A stretch of 64,000 nucleotides of DNA, taken from an uncultured Chitinophagaceae bacterium (GTDB taxonomy: Bacteria > Bacteroidota > Bacteroidia > Chitinophagales > CAIOSU01). This document shows, in pieces, positions 47,347-55,724 of the stretch. The notes under the pieces are model-generated. The model did not search any database, was not told the DNA's origin, and saw only the letters and a list, made by a program, of their open reading frames with translations. Where the stretch lies: positions 229 to 64,228 of the forward strand of contig CAZIZP010000010.1 in the NCBI GenBank assembly GCA_964543705.1. Reading direction: 5' to 3'. Both the position numbers and the translations under genes were made by a program. How positions within the stretch are numbered: position 1 is the stretch's first letter; each line of letters opens with the position of its first letter.

Positions 47347-49218
47347 ATGTTTGGAATGAGTCGTCTTTTTTATAAGTATCTCACACCACTATTGGTGCTG
47401 TCTGTCATTCCTATTTTAGCAAGTGGTGTATTAATATTCATTCTTACAATGGCTAATTTCGATAACCTTCAAAAAAAGTTGGTTGAAGAAATCTCTGTTG
47501 ATTTAAGAAATGAAATTTTAGATAAAAACCTTGCTGCTGCTACATCTGAAGCTAAAAACATTGAGCAGGTGGTTGACCAAATAGGCAGCTTATTAAGCGT
47601 ACTTGCCGTATCGCCCGACTTTATAAGAAATGATATTTATGGCATTAACAATTATGCTGAAAATATTATGGGCGATAATGTGCCTATTTTAGAATTCACT
47701 GTAATTAATGAATGGGGAGAAAAAATTTTCAAAAAAGAAAATTCTTTTTCGCTTAGTGGCATCGACAGCAAAACAGCTATAGATAATGTTTTCAAAATTG
47801 TTAAAGACTCAAAAAAATCTGAATTGTCAGATGTTCATATAAACGAAAATACTCAAGAGCCTTACATTGTTTTAGCACAGCCAATTTTAGATTTTGGTGG
47901 CAACATGAAAGGCATGATTGCTGCAACCGTAAGCTTAGGATTTATTTCTGAAGCCCTAAAAAATCCTGATAAAGAAAAAGGTATTATTTATATTATTTCT
48001 GAAACCGGCTTGCTTATTTCGCACCCCAACATGTTTGAGGTTACTCAAAATCTCGATTACTCAAAATACGATTATATTCAGAAAATAATAAAAAGTAAAC
48101 AGGGAAGCTTTGAAAGCGAAAACAAGCTTTATTCATTTTACACTACTCGTTACGGATGGAAAACTATAGTTGAAATTCCTACTGAAATTGCTTTGGTTTC
48201 ATTAGAAAAAAACAAATCGACAATAAATGCTTTTATTAAAATAACCCTTAACTCTATTTCATATGCCATTGCCATAATTATTATACTTGCTGTTGCAGTG
48301 TGTATTATTGTGGCTATCTTAATTACAAATCGTACTATTCAACCCGTATTAGCACTTACCAATGCAGCCAGAAAAATTTCTGAAGGCGAATTTAAATTGA
48401 AAATTGAAAACAAATCGAACGATGAAATTGGCCAACTTACTGATTCATTTAATTTAATGGCACAGGAAATATCTAAAAAACAAGACGAACTGATAAACAA
48501 AAATGAATACATAAAACAACAAGCTGAGGAATTGTTGCATCGCTATAATTCAGATTTAGAACAGTTTGCTTATGTTACCACACATGACCTTATTGAGCCG
48601 CTAAGAATGATTACCAGTTATACTCAACTATTACAAAGACGTTATAGCCATAATTTTAATGATGATGCTAAAGAATACATGAACTATATTACAGAAGGCG
48701 TACAAAGAATGCATAAAATTATTAACGACCTTTTTGAATATTCGCATATAAGAACCAATGAGAGTGATTTTGAAGATACCGACTTTAATGAAGTAATAGA
48801 AGATGTACTAAAAAAAATTGAACCCGATATAAAAGCAGGCAATGCTTTAATTATTTCTGACAAGCTGCCAAAAATAAAAGCAGTAAAATCTAATATGGTA
48901 CAGGTATTTCAAAACCTTATAGCCAATGCAATAAAATTTAGAAGTCCGCTTAGACAATGCGAAATAAGGGTTGGTTTTGAAGATCGGGGCAAAGATTGGC
49001 TGTTTTATGTTCGCGATAATGGCATAGGCTTTGAACCCAAGTATGCCGATAAAGTTTTTGAAATTTTTAAACGATTAAACAGGCGCGACCAATATGCCGG
49101 TTCAGGAATGGGATTAGCTATATGTAAAAATATTGTTGAGCGCCATGGCGGAAAAATTTGGGCTGAACCTATTTTAGAACAAGGCTGTACTTTTTACTTC
49201 ACCATTAAAAAAGTATAA
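47347..49218 (+). CDS. sensor histidine kinase (extracytoplasmic Cache-like domain, HAMP, HisKA, HATPase_c)
   Basis: Two TM spans flank a roughly 260-aa sensor domain. HAMP region (RKISEGEFKLKIENKSNDEIGQLTDSFNLM). H-box FAYVTTHDLIEPLRMI. N/G boxes (FQNLIANAIKF, DNGIGF, GSGMGLAICK). Confidence 0.9.
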   Translation: MFGMSRLFYKYLTPLLVLSVIPILASGVLIFILTMANFDNLQKKLVEEISVDLRNEILDKNLAAATSEAKNIEQVVDQIGSLLSVLAVSPDFIRNDIYGINNYAENIMGDNVPILEFTVINEWGEKIFKKENSFSLSGIDSKTAIDNVFKIVKDSKKSELSDVHINENTQEPYIVLAQPILDFGGNMKGMIAATVSLGFISEALKNPDKEKGIIYIISETGLLISHPNMFEVTQNLDYSKYDYIQKIIKSKQGSFESENKLYSFYTTRYGWKTIVEIPTEIALVSLEKNKSTINAFIKITLNSISYAIAIIIILAVAVCIIVAILITNRTIQPVLALTNAARKISEGEFKLKIENKSNDEIGQLTDSFNLMAQEISKKQDELINKNEYIKQQAEELLHRYNSDLEQFAYVTTHDLIEPLRMITSYTQLLQRRYSHNFNDDAKEYMNYITEGVQRMHKIINDLFEYSHIRTNESDFEDTDFNEVIEDVLKKIEPDIKAGNALIISDKLPKIKAVKSNMVQVFQNLIANAIKFRSPLRQCEIRVGFEDRGKDWLFYVRDNGIGFEPKYADKVFEIFKRLNRRDQYAGSGMGLAICKNIVERHGGKIWAEPILEQGCTFYFTIKKV

Positions 49219-49221
49219 TTT

Positions 49222-49998
49222 TCAGGTTTTGTTGCCACTTTCTATTAAATGTGTTATAGCGATAAAATCATCAATACTTAACTGCTCGGGTCGTTTGGTG
49301 AAGTAGTTATTTTCAAAAAGTAACTTATTATTTACCATGCTGCTTAAACTATTACGCAACATTTTTCTTCTCTGATTAAAAGCTGCTTTTACTACTTTAA
49401 TAAAAAGTGTTTCGTCAACAGTTAATTGTTGAACACTGTTTCTATCTAAACGAATTACACCCGAAGTAACATTAGGCGGTGGGTTAAAACAAGTTCTATC
49501 TACATCAAACAAATACTTGCCATTGTAAAAAGCACCTGCCAATACACTTAATATACCATAATCTTTACTGCCCGGTGGCGATACAATTCTTAGCGCCATT
49601 TCTTTCTGAAACATGCCAATAATATGGGTTACCCGATTTCGTTGTTCCAAGGCTTTAAATACAATTTGACTTGAAATGTTATAAGGAAAATTTCCAATTA
49701 TTATCATTGGGTTATTGGAAAAATCGGCTAAGTCGAACTTAAGAAAATCTTTATGTATCAAACGATCTTTTAACTGCGGAAAATGCTTAGGCAAATAATC
49801 TATTAAATCGGGGTCAACTTCTATGGCATAAAACCTTTCGCCAAATTTATCTAAAAGATGTTTTGTTAATACGCCTTGCCCCGGCCCCACTTCTACCACA
49901 ATATGCTCATTGGAAATTTCAGGAATGGCTTGCAGTATTTTCTCAATAACCCAAGGCGCATTTAAAAAATGTTGTCCCCAAATCTTTTTCGCTTTCAC
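49222..49998 (-). CDS. rsmA: 16S rRNA (adenine1518/1519-N6)-dimethyltransferase
   Basis: KKIWGQHFL, SAM-binding VVEVGPGQGVLT, and NFPYNISSQI. Confidence 0.93.
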   Translation of the reverse strand: MKAKKIWGQHFLNAPWVIEKILQAIPEISNEHIVVEVGPGQGVLTKHLLDKFGERFYAIEVDPDLIDYLPKHFPQLKDRLIHKDFLKFDLADFSNNPMIIIGNFPYNISSQIVFKALEQRNRVTHIIGMFQKEMALRIVSPPGSKDYGILSVLAGAFYNGKYLFDVDRTCFNPPPNVTSGVIRLDRNSVQQLTVDETLFIKVVKAAFNQRRKMLRNSLSSMVNNKLLFENNYFTKRPEQLSIDDFIAITHLIESGNKT

Positions 49999-50130
49999 TT
50001 AATGAATTTAATATGCAAAGATGCTGATATAATTTTTGTGTAATTGCCTTATAGGTAATTCTGTTCACGAATAGAATTCATATAACCCAATGATCTTAAA
50101 TATTATTTACATCTTGGTTATAATATTTTC

Positions 50131-50138
50131 TACCTTTA
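50131..50138 (+). promoter_or_regulatory. near-consensus -7 box (TACCTTTA, 7/8) upstream of the serine hydrolase gene
   Basis: It ends 23 nt before ATG 50162 and lies inside the longer ORF-track reading (start 50090), which argues for the shorter start. Confidence 0.25.
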
Positions 50139-50161
50139 GCAGGTTTAATCTTTTATATTTT

Positions 50162-51304
50162 ATGAAAACTATTCAAAAGCTACTTCTTATTATTATTGCA
50201 GTATTGGCACTAACTGTAGCAGTAATATATGCAACCGGTAATAGCTATTTAATAAAAGGCTTGTGGGCGTCTTACCTGCACGGCTACAAATCAGCCAGTA
50301 TTGGCGATGCACAATTTTTCGATACACGAGTAGTTTCAGCAGGCAATAATAAACAGTCGTGGCATATAAAACACAATTACAATCAAAAACCTATTTCTGC
50401 TTCATTGCAAAATATTTTAGAAACCACAAATAGTGTAGCTTTTTTGGTTATTCAAAACGACAGTATTCTTACCGAACACTATTGGGATGACTATGATGCC
50501 GCTTCTCGCTCAAACTCTTTTTCTATGGCAAAAAGCATTACTACCATGCTTGCTCAAATTGCTATTCAAAAAGGCATCTTACAAGACTGGAATCAAAAGG
50601 TGAAAACTATTTTACCTAACCTGAAAGGCCCTTATGCTGACGAGTTAGAATTATGGCACTTAAGCACTATGACTGCAGGCTTGCTTTGGGACGAGAAGTA
50701 CACAAACCCTTTCAGCATTACTGCCAAAGCCTATTATGGCAGTGACGTTGCAGGACTTATGAATCAGCTTCCTATTGATACTATGCCTGGAAAAAAATAT
50801 AATTATCAAAGCGGAGCAACACAGTTGCTTGGCTTATGTATAATGGCAGCCGCTAAAAAGCCATTGGCAACTCTTGCTTCAGAATGGCTGTGGCAACCTT
50901 TACAAGCTGAACATGATGCCACTTGGCATACAGATGAAATTGGTACCGAATTAGCTTATTGCTGCTTTAATTCTAATGCCCGTGATTTTGCCCGTTTTGG
51001 AAAGCTTTTATTACAGCATGGTAAATGGAATAACCAGTCTGTATTAGATTCGGCTTTTGTTGCTATAGCTACATCGCCTGCATTAGTGCCATATTATGGC
51101 TATTCGTTTTGGATTGTGAATGACTTTGAAACCCCACTATATTATATGCGTGGCATATTGGGTCAATATGTTTTGGTATTGCCAGAATACAATACTATTG
51201 CTGTGCGCCTTGGACACGAAAGAATAGCCCCGCAACCTAACGAAAACCACACAAAAGATTTTATAACTATTGCTGAAGAAGTATTGAAAATGGTAAAGCA
51301 ATAA
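50162..51304 (+). CDS. serine hydrolase (beta-lactamase/transpeptidase-like family)
   Basis: N-terminal TM/signal anchor. Active-site SxxK as FSMAKS (S-M-A-K). Class C-like fold features. Confidence 0.75.
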   Translation: MKTIQKLLLIIIAVLALTVAVIYATGNSYLIKGLWASYLHGYKSASIGDAQFFDTRVVSAGNNKQSWHIKHNYNQKPISASLQNILETTNSVAFLVIQNDSILTEHYWDDYDAASRSNSFSMAKSITTMLAQIAIQKGILQDWNQKVKTILPNLKGPYADELELWHLSTMTAGLLWDEKYTNPFSITAKAYYGSDVAGLMNQLPIDTMPGKKYNYQSGATQLLGLCIMAAAKKPLATLASEWLWQPLQAEHDATWHTDEIGTELAYCCFNSNARDFARFGKLLLQHGKWNNQSVLDSAFVAIATSPALVPYYGYSFWIVNDFETPLYYMRGILGQYVLVLPEYNTIAVRLGHERIAPQPNENHTKDFITIAEEVLKMVKQ

Positions 51305-51324
51305 ATTAAAAACACTTTTGCTTT

Positions 51325-52467
51325 TTATATGGCTTTAGTAGTTACAGCAGAAATTACCTTTTCATAATATGCTTCATATAAAGGCAGGATAAATTTCAGG
51401 TCAAATCGCTGTGCTTGTTCAAAGGCCTTTTGCTTAAAAGTTTTTAATCGGGTTTCATCTTCCAGAAGATAAATGGTGTTTTTAGCCATGTCTTCTACAT
51501 CGCCTACATTGCTTAAAAAGCCTGTTTCTCCATGAATATTTATTTCTGGAATACCACCGGTATTGCTTGAAATAACAGGTACTTCACATGCCATAGCTTC
51601 AAGTGCTGCCAAACCAAAACTTTCTGTTTCTGAAGGCATCATAAACACATCGGCAACAGCCATTAATTCTTCAACAGCATCTTGTTTGCCTAAAAACCTT
51701 ATGCCATCGCAGGTTCCAAGCTTACGGCAGAGTTGTTCGGCATTGTGTCTTTCAGGGCCATCACCTACCATAAGTAATTTGCTTTTTACTTTTTCTGATA
51801 CTATTTTATAAACATATATTAAGTCTTGTACGCGCTTTACTTTTCTGAAATTCGAAACGTGAATCATAATACGCTCATCATCATCGGCAATTGCTTTTCT
51901 GAAATGCTCTTTGTTAGATTTTTTGAACCGAGAAAAGTCTATAAAGTTGGGAATTACTTCAATATTTCGGGTTATTTCAAAATACTTATAAGTGTCATCT
52001 TTTAGGCTTTGAGAAACGGCTGTAACTCCATCGCTATGATTTATAGAAAAGGTTACTACCGGGGCATAAGTTTCGTCTTTTCCTACCAAAGTAATATCAG
52101 TGCCATGCAAGGTGGTAATAACAGGAATGGTTATGCCCTGATCTTTTAAAATTTGCTTTGCCAAATAAGCTGCTGATGCGTGGGGGATTGCATAATGAAC
52201 ATGTAATAAATCGAGCCCTTCATAGCGCACCACATCTACAATTTTACTGGCCAGTACAGTTTCGTAAGGCGCATAATCAAACAGCGGATAGTTTTGCAAG
52301 CTTACTTCATGATAGTATAAATTAGACTGAAAAGCATCTAACCTTGCAGGCTCTTTGTATGTAATAAAGTGCACCTGATGACCTTCTTTAGCCAACGCCT
52401 TTCCTAATTCGGTGGCTACTACCCCACTGCCCCCATAAGTAGGGTAACACACAATACCAATTTTCAT
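51325..52467 (-). CDS. bshA: N-acetyl-alpha-D-glucosaminyl L-malate synthase BshA (GT4 glycosyltransferase)
   Basis: The N-terminus MKIGIVCYPTYGGSGVVATELGKALAKEGHQVHFI is the typical BshA start. GT4 E-x7-E region SETESFGLAALEAMACEVPV. Start moved to ATG 52467. Confidence 0.75.
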   Translation of the reverse strand: MKIGIVCYPTYGGSGVVATELGKALAKEGHQVHFITYKEPARLDAFQSNLYYHEVSLQNYPLFDYAPYETVLASKIVDVVRYEGLDLLHVHYAIPHASAAYLAKQILKDQGITIPVITTLHGTDITLVGKDETYAPVVTFSINHSDGVTAVSQSLKDDTYKYFEITRNIEVIPNFIDFSRFKKSNKEHFRKAIADDDERIMIHVSNFRKVKRVQDLIYVYKIVSEKVKSKLLMVGDGPERHNAEQLCRKLGTCDGIRFLGKQDAVEELMAVADVFMMPSETESFGLAALEAMACEVPVISSNTGGIPEINIHGETGFLSNVGDVEDMAKNTIYLLEDETRLKTFKQKAFEQAQRFDLKFILPLYEAYYEKVISAVTTKAI

Positions 52468-52565
52468 AATCACTTTTTTGCTGAATGAAACGCCAAGATA
52501 AAGTTTTAGTTCTTTATGTTTTGCAAACCAAAAAACCTTAATGTTGTATTGATGAAGTAAAACTA

Positions 52566-52596
52566 AAAATCCCACTCTGCTTTAGAATGGGATTTT
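52566..52596 (-). terminator. hairpin terminator downstream of the OmpA/PorE-like gene
   Basis: aaaatccca (52566..52574) pairs with tgggatttt (52588..52596). On the minus strand the 3' arm supplies the U-run. Confidence 0.6.
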
Positions 52597-52619
52597 GAAG
52601 AAATTAGTTGTTATGACTT

Positions 52620-54653
52620 TTACTTCATAATAATCTTATCGTCTTTATTTTTCAATTCACCAATAATCTTATATTCAGTTCTGCGGTTTTTCTGTCTTCC
52701 TTCCGGATTGTCTTTTCTGTTAGGCAATGAATTAGGAGCAACCGGCTGTGATTCGCCATAGCCTTTAGCAATTACTCTCTCTTTAGGAATGCCTTTTTCA
52801 TAAAGATAATTTGCGCAACTTTCTGCTCTTCCCTGAGATAGCTTCATGTTATAACTGTCAGAGCCTATGCTATCTGTGTGTGAGCTCAATTCTATAACCA
52901 AATCAGGGTTTTCCATTAACATAGCATATAGAGTGTCTAAAACTACCTTAGATTCTTCCCTAAGCAAGGTAGATTTATAATCGTAATAAATCTGAGCTAA
53001 CGTGTATGCTTTATTTCTTACAATTTTATTGAGAGAAATATTATAAGTAAATGTGTCAGACTCTTCAACTCCAACAGTACTTATAGAAATGTATTCCGGA
53101 AAATGGTCTTTACGCTGAAACTTAATATTGTATTTCTTCTCAGCCTGAAGAGCATATAGATAGTTGCTTGCGTTTGTCAATGAATCTTTATAAACTACTG
53201 TTTCTTTTCCATCTGTAACATCGGTAACTGTAATTTTTACACCAGTCAATGGTGTAACTTCTTCATTTAACTTACCGGTTAAATCGCCTGCCACTGCAAA
53301 TGTTGGAATAAAGTTATTATAAGCTGAAAAAATGTCATCGCAACAAGTTTCGCTTTTTAAACCAATAATACCCGGGCGGTTAGAAACCAAATAGAAATTC
53401 TTTTTCCCCTCACCAGAGGTAAAGTAAGAGTCATCGGCACTTGAATTAAGCGGATAACCAACATTCTCAACTTTTTCAAAATTGTTTTTAGAGCCTGTGG
53501 CCTGAAACACATCAAAACCACCCATGCCTAAATGCCCGTTTGAGCTAAAATATAAAGTTCCGGTTAGGCTGTGATAGAATGGCGTGATTTCATCATCAGA
53601 AGTATTAACTACATTACCAACATTGGTTACTGAACCTGCTGTTCCTGAACTATATTTTACTTCGGTAAAATATATATCGTATCCACCACTGCCTCCTTTT
53701 CTATTAGATGAAAAGTATAACAAATCGCTATCGGTTGCATCACTTTTTGCAACAGCAGGCTGTGTGTTATTTGCATCAGGGTCATTAACACTTTTACCTA
53801 ACTCAGTTGCAGGCATCCATTTTCCCCCGGCAAATTGTGACATAAAGATTTTACATTTAATATCTCTCTCTCCATTAGCTGTGCATTTAGTAAAATAAGC
53901 ACGCTTTCCATCTTCAGAAAAAGAAACATTTCCTGAATGATCAATATCAGTATTAAATGGAGAAGGCATTGGAGAACCTTGAGTCCAATTACCGGTTGAG
54001 CCTCCTGCTTTATAAATATGTGATAAGTGCATCTTATTTCCGAAAAAGGTGCCATTTAAAACAGAGTCGGTATTTAATGAAGAATAATAAAGTTCATTAT
54101 TTAGCATTTTTGGGGCAAACTCAGTAAAGGGTTGGTTTACGCCCTGTGGCAAATGCGTAACCTCAAATCGGTTAGGATTGGCCATAAGTTGCTTGGCAAA
54201 ATCACAAGCTTCGGCTTCTTTTTTAGCCTTTTCGGTTAATGTTTTGTCGGCACCTTTTCCTGCAAACTGTCCGTAAGCTGCCTTTGCCTCGTCATATCTG
54301 CCTTGATATTTTAAGCTAAGAGCATAATAGTAGCCTGAAAGCGGATACTCGTTTCCGGCAGCTTCTAATACTTTCTTAAAATTGCTTTCTGCCTTTTTAT
54401 AATCTCTCGCTTCCAAGTAACAGTGTGCTAATTGATAAGTTAGATAGTAATTTCCGGGCTTGTCTTCAGATAGTTCAGTATAAACATCCATAGCCTGAAA
54501 GAAATTACCAACTTTAAATAATTCATCGGCATATTTCAGCTTTACTTTATATGGCAACTTCAACTTTTCTTTCTCACCTTCTTCCTGGGCAAACAATGAA
54601 AAGTTATATAACGATATTGCAAATAGCAGATAAAAAGCAAGAGTTTTTTTCAT
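52620..54653 (-). CDS. PorE-like multidomain protein: TPR, beta-propeller (TolB/PD40-like), carboxypeptidase-regulatory-like domain, OmpA_C peptidoglycan-binding domain
   Basis: Signal peptide. TPR helices at aa ~45-135. PD40-like blades (LLYFSSNRKGGSGGYDIY, LYFSSNGHLGMGGFDVF). An all-beta segment at aa ~452-545. OmpA_C motifs (IELSSHTDSIGSDSYNMKLSQGRAESCANYL, NRRTEYKI). Confidence 0.75.
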   Translation of the reverse strand: MKKTLAFYLLFAISLYNFSLFAQEEGEKEKLKLPYKVKLKYADELFKVGNFFQAMDVYTELSEDKPGNYYLTYQLAHCYLEARDYKKAESNFKKVLEAAGNEYPLSGYYYALSLKYQGRYDEAKAAYGQFAGKGADKTLTEKAKKEAEACDFAKQLMANPNRFEVTHLPQGVNQPFTEFAPKMLNNELYYSSLNTDSVLNGTFFGNKMHLSHIYKAGGSTGNWTQGSPMPSPFNTDIDHSGNVSFSEDGKRAYFTKCTANGERDIKCKIFMSQFAGGKWMPATELGKSVNDPDANNTQPAVAKSDATDSDLLYFSSNRKGGSGGYDIYFTEVKYSSGTAGSVTNVGNVVNTSDDEITPFYHSLTGTLYFSSNGHLGMGGFDVFQATGSKNNFEKVENVGYPLNSSADDSYFTSGEGKKNFYLVSNRPGIIGLKSETCCDDIFSAYNNFIPTFAVAGDLTGKLNEEVTPLTGVKITVTDVTDGKETVVYKDSLTNASNYLYALQAEKKYNIKFQRKDHFPEYISISTVGVEESDTFTYNISLNKIVRNKAYTLAQIYYDYKSTLLREESKVVLDTLYAMLMENPDLVIELSSHTDSIGSDSYNMKLSQGRAESCANYLYEKGIPKERVIAKGYGESQPVAPNSLPNRKDNPEGRQKNRRTEYKIIGELKNKDDKIIMK

Positions 54654-54690
54654 GGCTGTTTTGTGATTTTGATGGTAGTAGTTTTAGCTT

Positions 54691-55686
54691 TTAGAAACGC
54701 GGACAATACAATGCAGGATTAACATTTGGCACCGGAATATACTTGCCTACATACATTAGCGACAATTCTATACTGCCGTTTGTGTTGTTTAATTCTGAAG
54801 CATTTACATCATAGCTAAGTCCTAGGCGGAAGCCTTTAAGATCTAAACCAACATAAGGAATAATAGCATCTTTAACACGATAGTAACCTCCAACATAAAA
54901 TGTGCTTTCAGTATTTAAATTAAATGCCAAAGATAGTCCGGCATTTAACTGTGATGCTGTAGCCTGATTCATGTAAACCACAGAAGGTAATAATCCAATT
55001 TTATCAGACAAGCCGATATCGAAGCCTCCATGACCAACATAGCGCATTGGGGTTTTATCTACAGCATTGGTAAAGTTTTGTTCCGGTGTTAAAAGGTGAA
55101 AAACAGATCCTCCGGCATACACTTTAAATTTTTCAGAGAATTTTCCATTATACAATAAACCTGCATTTAAATCAAAAGCACCATTGCTATTATTAGCTAA
55201 TGCTTCTCCGGGACGGGTTCCATCAAAAGTTTGCTGGTCATCAAATTGTGAAGCCCAACGAATACCTGAAGCATCTAACTGTTTTTGACCATAACCGGCC
55301 TGAACGCCTAATGATAATGAATGGTTACCGTTGCCACCTAATGCTTTATGATATGCAACTGAAGCCATAAACAGATTATTCTTCAATCTGCCTTCTGAAC
55401 TTCTGTCGCCTACAAAGTAGATTCCAACGCCTAACACATCTTTCTTAAAGCGAATAGGCATATCGAATGATGCTGAAGGGGTAGAAAAAGTAGTTTTACC
55501 ATTAACAGGCCCAAACCACTGGTTTCTGTATATCGCTCCTACCCGGAAAGTTCCGTTTACTTTACCGGTAAGCGCAGGGTTAAGGGTAAGTGGCGAATTA
55601 TAAAACTGCGAAAAGTGAATGTCTTGTGCGAATACACTTCCTGTTGCTACAAGCAACATTATGGTGAGAAGCTTTTTCATATTCAT
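54691..55686 (-). CDS. PorP/SprF family T9SS outer-membrane protein
   Basis: Signal peptide followed by the family signature QDIHFSQFYNSPLTLNPALTG. The beta-barrel pattern ends in an aromatic residue (CPRF). Confidence 0.85.
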   Translation of the reverse strand: MNMKKLLTIMLLVATGSVFAQDIHFSQFYNSPLTLNPALTGKVNGTFRVGAIYRNQWFGPVNGKTTFSTPSASFDMPIRFKKDVLGVGIYFVGDRSSEGRLKNNLFMASVAYHKALGGNGNHSLSLGVQAGYGQKQLDASGIRWASQFDDQQTFDGTRPGEALANNSNGAFDLNAGLLYNGKFSEKFKVYAGGSVFHLLTPEQNFTNAVDKTPMRYVGHGGFDIGLSDKIGLLPSVVYMNQATASQLNAGLSLAFNLNTESTFYVGGYYRVKDAIIPYVGLDLKGFRLGLSYDVNASELNNTNGSIELSLMYVGKYIPVPNVNPALYCPRF

Positions 55687-55724
55687 AATTGATTAAAGTT
55701 CTAGTTTAGTTGATTATTTAATGC

